Assembly: GCF_009914755.1 (NCBI RefSeq)
Contig: NC_060931.1
Source of the DNA: the human T2T-CHM13v2.0 reference genome, Homo sapiens
Length of the DNA: 64,000 nucleotides
Reading direction: 5' to 3' (one strand)
The translations under genes were made by a program, and so were the position numbers. This document shows, in pieces, positions 29,713 through 42,914 of the stretch (position 1 is its first letter; the number at the start of each line of letters is the position of its first letter). A model generated the notes under the pieces. The model was not told the DNA's origin, did no database searches, and worked only from the letters and a program-made list of their open reading frames with translations.

Positions 29713-32297
29713 GATTAAAAAAAACAAAAACAAAAACAAAAACATATCATCATTTCAATTCAAGCTGAAAAAGCATTTGATAAAATTCAATGTCCCTTCA
29801 TGATAAAAACCCTCAAAAAACTGGAGATAGAAAGAACATACCTCAACATAATAAAAGCCATATACGATAGACCCACAACTAATATCATACTGAATGTGGA
29901 CAAACTGAAAGGCTTTTCTGTAATATCTGGAACACGACAAGGATGTCCACTGTGCCATTTTCATCCAGTGTAGTACTGGAAGTCCTAGCTAGAGCAATCA
30001 GACAAGAGAAAGAAATAAAGGGCATCCAAATTTGAAAGGAAGAAGTCAAATTATCCTTGTTTTCAGATGACATGGATTATATTTTGAAAACCCAAAGACT
30101 TCACAAAAAACTACTAGAACTGATAAACAAATTCAGTAAAGTTTCAGGATATAAAATCAACATAAAAATCAGTAGCATTTCGATATGCCAACAATGAACA
30201 ATGTGAAAAAGAAATTTTAAAAAGTAATCCCATTTACAATAGCCACATATAAAATTAAATACCTAGGAATTAACTAAAGAAGTGAAAGATCTCTATAATG
30301 AAAACTATAAAACACAAATGAATGAAATTGAAGAGGACAACCCAAGAATGGAAAAATGTTCCGTGTTCATGGACTGGAAGAATCAATATTATTAAAATGG
30401 CCATACTACCCAAAGCAATCTACAGATTTAATGCAACCCTTATCAAATTCCAATGGCATTCTTCACAGAAATAGAAAAAAAATCGTAAAATTTACATGAA
30501 ACCACAAGAGACCAGAACAACCAATGCTATCCTAAGCAAAAAGAACAAAACTGGAGGAATCACATTATCTGACTTCAAATTATACTACAGAACTATAGTG
30601 AACAAAACAGCATGGTACTGGCATAAAAGCAGACACATAGACCAATAAAACAAAATAGAGAACTCAGAAATAAATCTACACACCTACAGTGAACCCATTT
30701 TGGACAAAAGTGCCAAGAACATACACTGGGAAAAGACAGCCTCTTCAATAAATGGTGCTGAGAAAGCTGGATATTCATATGCAGGAGAATGAAACTAGAT
30801 CCCCTGTCTCTCTCCATGTACAAAAATCAAATCAAAATGGACTAAAGACTTAAATCTAAGACCTCAAACTGTGAAATAAAACTACTACAATGAAACATTG
30901 GGGAAAATCTCCAGGACATTGGTCTGATCAAATCTCTAGGACATTGGTCTGATCAAGAATTTCTTGAGCAATATCCCACGGACACAGGCAACCAAAGCAA
31001 AAATGGACAAATGGGATCACATCAAGTTAAAAAGCTTCTGCACAGCAAAGGATACAATCGACAAAGTCAAGACACAAAAGAAAGGGAGAAAATATTTGCA
31101 AACTATCCATTTGACAAGGAATTAATAACTGGGATAAATAAGGATCTCAAATAACTTTATAGAAAAAATATCTAATAACCCAATCAAATCAATGGGCAAA
31201 AGATTTGAATAGACATTTCTCAAAAGAAGACATACAAATGTCCAACAGGCATATGAAAAGGTGCTTAACATCATTGATCATCAGAGAAATGCAGATCAAG
31301 ACTACAATGAGATATCATCTCACCCCAGTTAAAATGGCTTTTATCCAAAAGACAGGTGATAACAAATGCTGGCGAGGATGTAGAGAAAAGGGAACCTTTG
31401 TACACTGTTGGTGGGAATGTAAATTAGTACAATCACTATGAAGAACAGTTTGGAGGTTTCTCAGAAAACTAAAAATTGAGCTACCATATGATCCAGCAAT
31501 CCCACTGCTGAGTATATACCCAAAAGAAAAGAAATCAGTATATGGAAGTATATACTCCATATATTGCACAAACACTCCTATGTTTGTTGCAGCACTGTTT
31601 ACAATAGCCAAGATTTGGAAGCAACCTAAGTGTCCATTAACAGATGAATGGACAAAGAGTGTGATACATTTACACAATGGAGTACTATTCAGCCGTAAAA
31701 AGAATGAGATCTTTTCATTTGCAAAGATGTGGATGGAACTGGAGGTCATTAAGTGAAATAAGCCAGGCACAGAAAGACAAACATCACATGTTCTCACTTA
31801 TTTATGGGACCTAAAAATCAAAACAATCAGACTACATCAAAAACCAAAAAATCAAAAAAATCAGAACTTATTTGTGGGACCAAAAAATGAAAACAAAACA
31901 ATTGAACTCATGGACATAGAGAGTAGAAGGATGGTTACCAGGGGCTGGGAAGGGCAGTGGGGAGGTGCAGGGGAGAGATGGGGATGACTAATGGGTACAA
32001 AAAAAAATAGAAAGAATAAATAAGACCTACTATTTGACAGCACAACAGGTAGAACATGGTCAGTTATAACAGAATTGTACAGTTCAAAATAGCTTAAAGA
32101 GTGTAACTGGATTGTTTATAACTCAAAGGATAAATGCTTGAGGAGATATCCATCCCCATTCACCACGATGTGCTTATTTCACATTGCATACCTGTATCTA
32201 AACATCTCACGTATCCCATAAATATATACAGCTACTATATACCCACAAAAATAAAAAATAAAATAAAATAAATATAAAACAAACAACTAAAAAAACC
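29713..32297 (+). mobile_element. 5'-truncated L1MA1/2-like element with probable TSD
   Basis: ORF2 3' half ([11 protein letters not shown]...), L1MA-type 3'UTR and A-rich tail; caatgtggtt(c/t)ct flanks at about 29699 and 32298. Confidence 0.9.
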
Positions 32298-32344
32298 CAA
32301 TGTGGTTTCTGAAGTCACACCAATACTGCAGTTAGTTGATGGAA

Positions 32345-32520
32345 TAATTCATCCATTCATTCAACAAACATTTGATGAGCACTAAGTGTGTATCAAGCAC
32401 TGTTCTGGGCATTGGAGAGACATAGCAGCAAGCAAAACAGGCAGAAGTCTCCACTCTCATGTTTACAGTGTACTGGAAAAAGATGATAAACAGTGGGTAA
32501 AAATATAGAGTTAGATGCTA
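32345..32520 (-). mobile_element. L2 3' end
   Basis: cattcattcaacaaacatttgatgagcactaagtgtgtatcaagcactgttctgggc. Confidence 0.75.
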
Positions 32521-32792
32521 TATTTTTCTAAAGCTATACTGAATACCTCTTGTGTCTGTCTCACGTGCTTTGAACCAACCCTTTACTCTGGCTACAGATA
32601 CAGCAAATAACCCAGTGGGACCCTGACTGGAACCCAGTGGTGCTCGTACTTGTTCGAGGGGGTAAACATCCCATGGGGTGACCCTTGACCAGTGTGGGAT
32701 GGATGACCACAGATAAATTCTCCCCTGCTCCCAGGAGAGGCGGTAAGTGTGGTGTGGAGTCAGGTTCTGGATCTATTTTGAAGGCAAATCCT

Positions 32793-32897
32793 GGGTTTAA
32801 TGTGCTGCCATCTCCATCTTGAAATTCTTCATAATTTACCCTCAAGGGATCCCACATTTTTATTTTGCATGGGGCCCCGTAAGTTATGTGGCCAGTA
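32793..32897 (+). mobile_element. MER45A-like hAT-Tip100 fragment
   Basis: tcttgaaattcttcataattt...cacatttttattttgcatggggccccgtaagttatgtggccag. Confidence 0.65.
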
Positions 32898-32910
32898 TTA
32901 TCTATAATAT

Positions 32911-33524
32911 TTGTTTTGTCAAAAAACAAAATTACAACAAAGTTAGGTTAAAGATCTAATTGGCTTTTATTTGCAATTCCAGAATCGGGCAACATCTCAT
33001 TCTATAAAATATAATGAAGGCAGGGCGTGGTGTCTCATGTCTGTAGTTCCAGCACTTTGGGTGTCTGAGGCAGGAGGCTTCACTTGAGCCCAAGAAGTCA
33101 ATGCTGCAGTGAGCTATAATAGTGCCATTGCACTTCAGCCTGCGTGACAAAGCAAAACTCTGTGTCTAAGAAACAAAAAATTATATATATGTGTATCTAT
33201 ATCTATATCTATATCTCTATATATCTTTATAGGCAGAAAGGGCTGAAGAAAGCAGAAACGGAATGAAAAAAGGATTGGTCATCGAAGTTACTTTCCTTAC
33301 AGGGTTAAATCAGAAGGGACTTCCTTATCATGTGGCTAAGGTACACGTCCCCTTCTGATTGGTTGCTATGAATCTCCTGTTTTTTTGGAAAGCTGGCCTG
33401 CTTCAAGGTTTAGTTTGATTATGTGGCACTTAGCACAAGTGACTCCATTCTGATTTGCTCTGGTTTACTGGGGCCAGTGCAGGCCATTAGTCCAAAACAG
33501 TAGCCTCCCATAAATTTATTTAAC
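32911..33524 (-). mobile_element. ERV1 LTR (MER31/MER67-like) containing an Alu monomer
   Basis: Minus strand begins tgttaaataaatttatgggaggc; ggagtcac and ccaat motifs; aataaa near its end. Confidence 0.6.
33019..33230 (+). mobile_element. FAM/FRAM-like Alu monomer with TA-rich microsatellite tail
   Basis: ggcagggcgtggtgtctcatgtctgtagttccagcac...gcacttcagcctgcgtgaca. Confidence 0.8.
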
Positions 33525-34469
33525 AGCTGACAGACAAGAGACAAGAGAGAGGAATCGAGGTTGAAGCCAAGGACTTTGCTATTATCCAAGGTGGTAAGTA
33601 TTTGAAGGAGAGGAAAGGGGAGAAGAGGAAGGATTCTCTGAAACCTCATTATAGTACAGAGCATGACAATTAGGTTGCTAAAGGAGTGCTGCATTTTATA
33701 AGAAGGAAGAAAGAGCTTGCAGCTTGGAAAGAAAGCAAGACCATTTGAAAACTTTCAATCGTGACAGTAGATTTAGAATTTAGTTAAGTATGTGGAGGAT
33801 TGTGGGGTTTTAATACTATTAAATAATAAATGATGGAAACAGAATTGGCTTGTCCAACAAGAACAGAGAAGTTCTACACTTAAAATTAGGCATGAAGTCC
33901 TCGAGATGACCAGATGGTGGTAAAATAAAACTTTGCTCACATCTTTCTATTGTCTCGAAATGATCAAACAGAGGCCCTCCCTTCTTCTCCAGTAACTGAG
34001 TATCATCAAGAATAGGCTGGTAGCTGACAGTCACCATCTTCTAGGAACCTAGATCTGTCGGCTAATAGAATGTCAGGACATTTAAACTGAAAGCAAACTG
34101 AAATAATCTGATCATATGGCTTACCAGAGAAGTCCTTCTACTGTCACACAGACAGAGAAATCATGAGTGATCTCAGAACAAACTGATTTGACTACACATT
34201 CTTAGAGGGGCTCATTCTAAAGACAAAAGGAGTCTCACAAGATATCTGAAAGCTGCATTCTGTAGTAGTTTGTTCATAATGATATTGGTATCTTTATTAT
34301 CATTTTTCTTTCCTTACATTTCATATAAATCACCTACTTTTTAAGAATTGAGATTTTTAAAGTATAATAAAAAAGGAAGTACAATTACTAGAATAAAAAT
34401 AATTTTTAGGAAGGTATGCTGTCATGTTAAATCTGAACTGGAAATATCAACATAAATTTGTGCTTTTAT

Positions 34470-34608
34470 GAAAAGTTATCTTGTCCTGCTCTGACTACTG
34501 AAATGGCCTTACAGCAATGTTACCTCCCTACATACATGGGGAGCCCAGAAGTGGCATCCAGTACCTCTCTCCAACGAGAGCCAGGAAGGGATATGTTTGC
34601 CTGGAGTA

Positions 34609-34641
<33 letters not shown>

Positions 34642-36175
34642 CAGAAAGTAAGAAAAAGTTAAACACTGAAACTATTACAAATAATTAAAGATTAAGGGAC
34701 ACAAAAGCCAACCTGCAAGGGACTCTCACAAGTGAAAGTTGTGGCAATTTTCCCACAAAAGGAGAATGATGGTAGTGATTGAAAGCACTTAAACATATAA
34801 AAGTCCATTAGCCCATGTTCTAAGAAAGAACGAACAATCATGAGTCCACGCCGATAATAAATAGATAACTAAATAAACAAATGGGAGAGAAGAGAGGGAA
34901 GTAGAATGCCAAATGTTTAGTTATCAACTTTTTTATAGTAGAATGCCAAATGCTTAGTTATCAACGTCAGTAAATTTAACATACTATCCATTGTTCAATT
35001 TTATCAGTAGCCCCAATAATATTTTTAGTCGAGTTTTTTATCCTCCTCCAGTTTAATCGCATAATTCTTGCCTGGGATCAGTATTGCATATGTCATATCT
35101 TTACAGTCTCCTTTAACATAGACCCTTTTTTGGGCTTTTTTTTTTAACTTTTATAACATGGACATTTAAAATAATGTACACTCTCAACTTTTATCCTTGT
35201 ATTAGAATGGTCCTCATTTTGGGTTTATCTGATATTTCTTCATGAGAAGATTCAGGTTATGCATTATTTATTCCTGGCCAGAATAAAGCACTTAAGTAAG
35301 TTGTATATCTTCCATTAAAGATTGTTGCATGGACCAGTGTTTACTATGATGGTTGAAAAATGATGATTTCTCAACTAAAGATGCTTTCCACATTTACCAT
35401 TTGGTCCTCAGAATTCTACTGTGACAAGAGCCCTCCCTTCATTCCCACTTATTTATCTGTCTGTTATTGGTGTGGACTCATGAATTTCTATTTCTTCCAA
35501 TGGTTTATAATTCATCATTCTATTCAATTATTTTGGCACTCAAATTGTCCTAGATTTGGCCTGTTGGAGCACCTTAAAGCAGGCCCTTGTGCCCTTGAGA
35601 TATTCCTGCATCATTTTTTTTTTTGAGCACTTCCTTATGTGTTGTTGCAACAAGATGCCCTTGGCTCATTTTGTACCCACTCTGCCACAGCCTGGAGTCA
35701 ACCATTTTTCCAAGGAGCCCTAAAATTTTTTGGCAATGGTAATAGTGACCAAGATCTTGGGCTATTTTTGTTTCTTTACCCTCTCAGGAAATATATCAAT
35801 AGATAAATAGATCATAGCTAAATAGATGGATAAATGATAGATTATGGACAGACGATTGATAGATTAGAGATTATAGATAGGTTATAAATAGATAATAGAT
35901 AGGTTATAGACATATAATAGGTTATAGAGATACACAAATACACTTCCACACAGACCTCCATACACACATCAGTATGCCCACATACATCCATGTGTTCATT
36001 CTTACGTGTATGTAATTCAGGAATCATGAATTTACCTTGATGCTTCCAATTCCAGCTCTTGCCTTCTGGCATTCCATGTTTGTTACCTTTCATCCTCCTC
36101 CACAACAAGAACCTGACTCCCAGCAATATCAACACATTGGCTGAATTGCCCAATCCTACTATAATCTAAAATGAT
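34470..36175. mobile_element. Old L1MC-type 3' fragments (plus, then minus) with (TG)n and degenerate (GATA)n
   Basis: ccagaagtggcatcc; cagcctggagtcaaccatttttccaaggagccc; (TG)n at 34608-34640; GATA-rich 35790-35930. Confidence 0.6.
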
Positions 36176-36180
36176 TTCAA

Positions 36181-36521
<341 letters not shown>

Positions 36522-36573
36522 CTAGAAAAATCAAACAGACCAAAAAAAGATTAGCATCTGATTGCCATGCTCC

Positions 36574-37386
36574 TGAAACTGCCTTTGCAAAATTGTAACA
36601 GTGAGAGAAATCTAACACAGGTGACTCTATCCTCCTTCTAACCTTGCCAGCTAACTGCCTCTATTCATCTTTTTCATGTAGGCCAAGCTAAATATGGGAG
36701 GAATTTATAGTTTAACTTTAAAGCAAGAGTGATAATATTCTCTTCCCAAAACTAACCTCTTCCTTTTTTGGGGATCAAAACTTCCCTTTGAAAAGCTAAT
36801 AAAAGGCCACAAGCTTAGAATTAGGGTAGGGGCTTGAACTTTGCTGAAGAATAGGCACAGTGAAACAACAGCATGCCATTACTTGCTTAGCTTGCTTTTC
36901 TATAGTGCTTACTGTCCCAGAGTCACATAACTGGAGGTTGCAAGATTTGTAACTTCTGCAACTGCCCCTATAGAGGACATCACTATCATGAAACCTAAAT
37001 AACTGGTCACTGAGATATTTTTCAGATTTAGCATTTGGCAGACTGAGAGACACCACCTGGACCTGTGACCCACACCAAGGAACTGACTCAACTGGTCTTG
37101 TGACTCCTTCCTGGGAACTGACTCAGCTGCACGAAGACAGTTTCAACACCTCTGTGATTTCATTCTCAGTCAATCAATTGTTTCAGTTCCCTAGCCCCCT
37201 GCCCATCAAAATACCTTAAAACCCATAGCTTCTGAATTTTCAGGGAGGCAAATTTGAGAAATATCTCATGTCTCCTCTCTTGGCTTGCCTTGTGATTATT
37301 AAACTCTTTCTCTACTGTAACTCCTGCTGTTGTCAGTGTATTGGCTTTTCTGGGCTGCTGGCAAGAAGAACCCCTTGGGCAATCAC
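36574..37386 (+). mobile_element. LTR8-family ERV1 solo LTR with 4-bp TSD
   Basis: tgaaactgcctttgcaaaatt...gggcaatcaca; ctcc on both sides. Confidence 0.85.
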
Positions 37387-37549
37387 ACTCCCTTCCATGT
37401 CCCTTCCAACAGTGTGGCTCTATAGTGCAATGCTGCTTTCAGAAGTTTCTAGAATTAGTTGTCATCTGTCCCTAATCCGCTGTAAGTTTTGGTGCTTATT
37501 TGAAATACTGCAGGGTTCATTGGTTTCCACTTGCTTCTGGTTTTAGTTT

Positions 37550-38100
37550 CTTACAACTTTCCCTTCTTGTTGATTTCTCTTAGTTTTTTGAATGTATAGA
37601 ACCTTATTATGCTTCCAAAAGTCAAAATGATGTAAAAAGGCACACTCAGAGAAATATCTCGGCCTCAGACATCTCATTCCTTCCCCTACTCTGCTTTTGT
37701 TTTTCTTTTCTAGTTTATTCTTCCTGTTTTTTAAAAGATAAGGAGATATATGTATTTTTAAATCTCCCCTTCTGACAAAAAGTAGATGACATATACTACT
37801 TTAACACAACATTTTTTTCATTTAATCCTATCTCTTGACTCTCAGTCCATATTCTTTCATAGAGCTCTTTTTCATTCTTTTTTATACCTGTGTGTTACTC
37901 CATTTTATGTATATTCCATAGTTTATTCAACCAATTTCCTATATGTATGGGCATTAAATAGTTTCCAATATTTGCAATTGCAATGAATGATCTTTGTGTA
38001 TGTATGTTCATGTTGTTGGAAGTATATTTTTAGCCTAAAGTCCTGGAAGTGGATTGCTGGGCTGAAGGTCAAATGCTTATCTACTTGAATAATGTGAAAA
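37550..38100 (-). mobile_element. Old L1ME/MC 3' fragment
   Basis: gcattaaatagtttccaatatttgc; cctggaagtggattgctgggctgaagg. Confidence 0.6.
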
Positions 38101-38896
38101 CTAATGGTCTCCTACTTCACTCTTAACATACTCTCAATACTCCCAGAATACTTCACTTCTGACATCACATCCAATACACAACACTCCAACCAACAACGAC
38201 ATAATACACATTCTTTTCAAGTGCAACATGGAACATGCTCCAGGATGGATCACATGTTAGGCCACAAAACAAGTCTTAACAAATTTAAGAAGATTGACAT
38301 GATACCAACTTTCTCTTCTGATCACAATGGAATGAAGCTAGAAACCAATAGCTCAAGGGAAACTAGAAAATTTAAAAATATTTAGAAATTGTACCACACA
38401 CTCTGAACACCAATGGGTCAAGAAGTCAAGAGGGAAGCTAAAAAATGTCTTGAGACAAAAGAAAATGAAAACACTGAACACCAAAAAGTATGAGATGCAT
38501 AAAAAGCAATACCGAGAGGAAAGTTTATAGTGATAAACATCTACATTAAGAAAGTAATAAAATATCGAATCAACAACCTAACTTCATAGCTCAAGGAACT
38601 AGAAAAAGAACAAACTAAACCCACAGTTAGGGGAAAGCAGAAAACAATAATTATAAGAGCAAAAACAAATAAAACAGAATAAAAAACAGAAAAATAAAAC
38701 TAAGAGTTGGTTTTCTGAAAAGGTCAACAAAATTGCAAACTTTAGATTAAGAAAAAAGAAGACTCAAAATTATAAATGAAGGGATATTGCAACTGATGCT
38801 ACAGAAATAAAAAGGATCATTAGAGACTGCTATGGGCAGTTCTATGCCAGTAGATTGGATAATCTAGAAGAAATGGATAAATTTCCAGACACAGAC

Positions 38897-39473
38897 TGAA
38901 AGAAATAAAAATATTTTACCCCAAAATATATTTCTTTAACATATTTTGAGATGGTTGCCATGGGGCCAGCAAACAGAAGTGGCCCTGCAAGGCTGTCTTT
39001 TGTGGCAGAGAGTTGCATCTGGAGATCTGTGGAGAATGTGCCTTAATGCTGCCAGCCCTTTCCTTGTCTGGATCTGGGAAAGATTCACCGAGAGCCTGGT
39101 ACCTTAAAGATCTGAAAGGAACATTTAGCATCTATTTTGTCTGAGGGCTTCTACCTGTGAGGTTTCATCCACATAACAAGACCATCTTTGCTAGCTAAGG
39201 CTCTTCCTTTCTCCCTTCCATCACCTCTCTGACTACTAAAACCTGACTTACCATCTCAACCTGTTTTGGACCAAGCTCTGAGGCCTCATTCTTTCTGTAG
39301 CCTCAAGATGGTATATCAACTCCTGTACCGAATTGAGGGATTGAGTCTTCATTCTGAGGACTCCTGTGCATACACATTAAATAAATTTGAATGCCTTTTC
39401 TCCAACTAATCAGGTTTTTGTGAGTTGATATTTCAGCCAACCTTTTGAGGGCCAAGGGCCTTGGCTGCCTACA
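38897..39473 (+). mobile_element. ERV1 solo LTR (MER39/MER34-like) inside L1
   Basis: tgaaagaaataaaaatattttaccccaaaatatatttc...ggctgcctaca; L1 resumes with atacaacctaccaagac. Confidence 0.75.
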
Positions 39474-39753
39474 ATACAACCTACCAAGACTAAATTATGA
39501 AGAGATAAAAAATATGAACAGATCTATAACTAGTAAGGAGATTAAATCAGGAATCAAAAACTTCCCAAAAAAGAAAAGCCCAGGACCAGATGACTTCACT
39601 GGAGAATTCTGCCAAACATTTAAAGAATTAACACCAATCCTTCTCAAACTGTTACACAAAATTGAAGAGGAAGAAACACTTCCTAACTTATTTTGTGATT
39701 CTAGCATTACCCTAAGACCAAAATTAGACAAAGTTCCTAGAAAAAAAGAAAAT

Positions 39754-40251
39754 TAGGTACAGGATGGGTCCCTTGAGTGTCCTTGGCCCATCCAGCTCTC
39801 CTACTTGTAGTTCTTCAGATAACTCTAGGGTGTGCTGAGGGCATAGCACCCTGAGATGGGGAAAAACTGTCCAGAACAGCCTGGGCTTTGTCTTCATCCC
39901 TGACAGGAGGTTCTGCAAAGCTTTTGCTCAGTGATCTTACTTGTCCCTGAGGTATAAAAGCCCAGACTGTTTTCAGGTCCTAGAAAGTGGGGTGTGCACA
40001 GACAATATTCTATTCACCCTGGGCAGTTTTCCTGAGCCATTCTTGGCCATGGGTCCTTGGCTTCTGTTGGTTCTTGCTGCTATCCTATAAGTAATAAGAT
40101 TGCTTTGCATGACTTGTTGTGTGTATATCTTAGCAGACTTGTTCTATGGCAACACGGTTTGTGCACAACCTCCTTCCAGATCTTAGGAACCTAAGCAGAA
40201 AGTGGCAAGGTGGTTTTAGAGTCCTTCCCTAGGAGTGAATTCTGCTTAACA
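39754..40251 (+). mobile_element. Solo LTR (probably ERVL class) inside L1
   Basis: Interrupts L1 at aaagaaaa|ctatagac; tataaaa box at about 39953; ends ...cttaaca. Confidence 0.6.
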
Positions 40252-41274
40252 CTATAGACAAATATCCCTCATTAATATTAATTCAAAAACATAAACAAAA
40301 CACCAAGAATATGAATTCAATACTATATTAAAAGAATTATACTCTATGACCAAGTGGAAATTAAAAGTGATTCTAAATGTAAAAACCAATCAATTCAATA
40401 TACTACGTTAACAGAATGAATTAAAAAACCCCACAAGCTCAACTCAATCGATGCAGAAAAAGCATTTGACAAGATTCAACACTCTTTAATGATAACAAAA
40501 AAACTTCAACAAACATGGAATAGAAGGAAATTACCTCAACATAATAAAGGCCATATATTAAAAGCCCGCAGCAAACATCATACTCAACAGTGAAAAATTG
40601 AAAGTCTTTCCTTTAAGATTAAGAATGAGGCAAGTATATGCCCACTCTCACCACTTCTATTCAACATAGTACTGAGGGTCCTGGCCAGAACAATTCGACA
40701 AGAAAAGAACATGAAAGGCTTCCAAATAAGGAAGAAAGAAGTTAAATTTTCTCTGTTCACAGATGATATAATCTTATATGTAAAAACCCTAAAAATTCCA
40801 CAAAAATAACTTGTTAGAACTAATAAATGAATTCAGTAAAGTTGCAGGATACAAAACCAACACACAAAAATCATCTGTGATTCTGTACATAATAATGAAT
40901 GATACATAAAGAAAAGTAATAAAACAATCCCATTTATAATAGAATCAATAACTAAAATAATAGTCAAAAGAATTGCCAATAGGATCGTGAATAGATATCT
41001 GCACATTCAAGTTCATTGCAGTGTTAATCACAATAGCTAAGAGGTGGAAGCAACCTAAATGTCCATTTACAGATGAATAAAGAAAATGTGGCATACTCAT
41101 GCAATAAAATATTATTCAGCCTTTAAAAGGAAGGAAATTCTGATACATACTACAACATGGATGAAACTTGAGAGCATTATGCCAAGTGAAGTCAGCCAGT
41201 CACAAAAAGACAAATACAAGTACTGTATGATTTCACTTATATGAGGTATCTAAAGTAGTCAAACTCTTAGAAAA

Positions 41275-41793
41275 TGGCTCTCATGCACTGAGTCTAGCTC
41301 TGGGTGGGGGCCACAGGACTTATTGTCATGAGTCTCAGGTTTAGGTGGGGGTCAGTCAGTTGCCAGAATGCAAAAATCTGAAAAACATCCCAAAAGGCCA
41401 ACCTTAGGTTCTACAATAGTGATGTCATCTGTAGGAGCAATTAGAGAAGTCACAAATCTTGTGACCTCTGGCCACATGACTCTAGAGCAGCAGCAGTTTA
41501 TAGAAACTATGCCTACACTTTAGGAGAATTCAGGTCCCTCTGCTCCTAATCTTGTGGACTTTCATGCATCTTATAAAGGTGGTTTCAGCCCCCGAACAAG
41601 GAGGGGACCAGTTTTAGGGAGGACTAATAATACCCTTGCTTCAAAGTTAAACTACAAACTACATTCCTTGCCTGATTAGCATGTCCTACACCCAGGAATG
41701 AGTGAGGACAGCTAGACTATGAGGCAAGAAGCAAGGTGGAGTCAGCCATGTTAGATTTCTTTCACTGTCATAATCTATGCAAAGGCAATTTCA
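41275..41793 (-). mobile_element. LTR8-family LTR, 5' portion
   Basis: Minus strand starts tgaaattgcctttgcatagattatgacagtgaaagaaatctaacatggctgactcc, homologous to 36574. Confidence 0.8.
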
Positions 41794-41812
41794 AAGATAT
41801 TCACAATACAAA

Positions 41813-42913
41813 TATAGCCTATTCTTACTAATTATGAATTCTGTTATTTGTGAATTCACCTATGTGCTGAAATGTATCTATAACATCAATATCAATACGC
41901 ATGGCTCTTCTGTTGTCATTTGCAGACGTGCAGATTAGTGTAAAATTTGAGTCGTCTAATATGCGTGTTCCCAGCTGAGGTCTAACAAGGTGACACTCTG
42001 CCTTCTTATATCAGCTCTCATGCTAATAACGAGTGTCTTTAGCATGATCTATTTAGTGCCACCTTTTTTCTTTTTCTTTTTTTTTTTTTTTTTTTGCATT
42101 TTTGTGCTTTCTGTTGGTGATTTTACTGTTTAAAATGCCTCCCAAGTGTAGTGCTGAACTGTTGTCTAGTGTCCCTAGGAGCAGAAAGGCTGTGATGTGC
42201 CTTAAGGAGGAAATAAGTTTGTTAGATATGCTTTGTTTAGGCATGAGTTATAGTGCTGGTGGCTGTGCGTTCAGTGTCAAGGAATCAACAGTACAATAAG
42301 CCACATCCAGAAAAAGGAAAAGGAAATTGACCAATCTGTATGTGAGGCTGTTCTTCAAAGTGCTAAAGTAACATCTAGAGTGTGTGATTAAGCTAGGGAA
42401 AAGATGGAAAATCAGCTAAATTTGTAGATTCATGAAATGACAACCGATTTTTTAAAAAGTACAGTGGACTGCATTGCTGTGAGGCTGAAAGCCAAAGAAA
42501 TTTATGGTCATGTTACTCAGGGAGAGGAAATGTTCATCCTTCTCAGCTAGTGCTGGCTGACTCACACATTTCAAAGGCAATACAGTATGAAAAATAAACT
42601 TGCAGGTGAGGCAGATTCTGCAGATTGGGAGGCTGTGGAAGGTTTTTTAGATACCTGCTAAGTATTATACTAAGAAAAAGGTTGTATGGAAAATCAGGTT
42701 TTAAAAGCTGATAAGATTGTCTTGTTTTATGAGGACACCGGCAAGTGAACCCATATAATACAAATACCATTTTGGTTGATGAAAGTGTTGTGATCAGAGG
42801 CTCTCAGGAAGTGAACTCTGTATGTTTCTTAAGAGCAATAGTTTAATATTTTCTAATTCAGTGTTCACAGTGACTTTACAAAACATAAATATCACAAATA
42901 AGGGGAATAGATA
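41813..42913 (+). mobile_element. TcMar-Tigger (Tigger6/MER82-like) internally deleted transposon with transposase N-terminal relic
   Basis: MPPKCSAELLSSVPRSRKAVMCLKEEISLLDML...SVKESTV resembles the Tigger/CENP-B HTH; cccagctgaggtctaacaaggtgacactctgcc. Confidence 0.75.
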
Positions 42914-42914
42914 T

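Larger units (their letters stand above)
38175..41272 (+). mobile_element. L1MA/MB ORF2 to 3'UTR, interrupted by two LTRs and internally deleted near 40965
   Basis: DHMLGHKTSLNKFKKI; NLPRLNYEEIKNMNRSIT...KSPGPDDFTGEF; 3'UTR agccagtcacaaaaagacaaatac. Confidence 0.85.
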
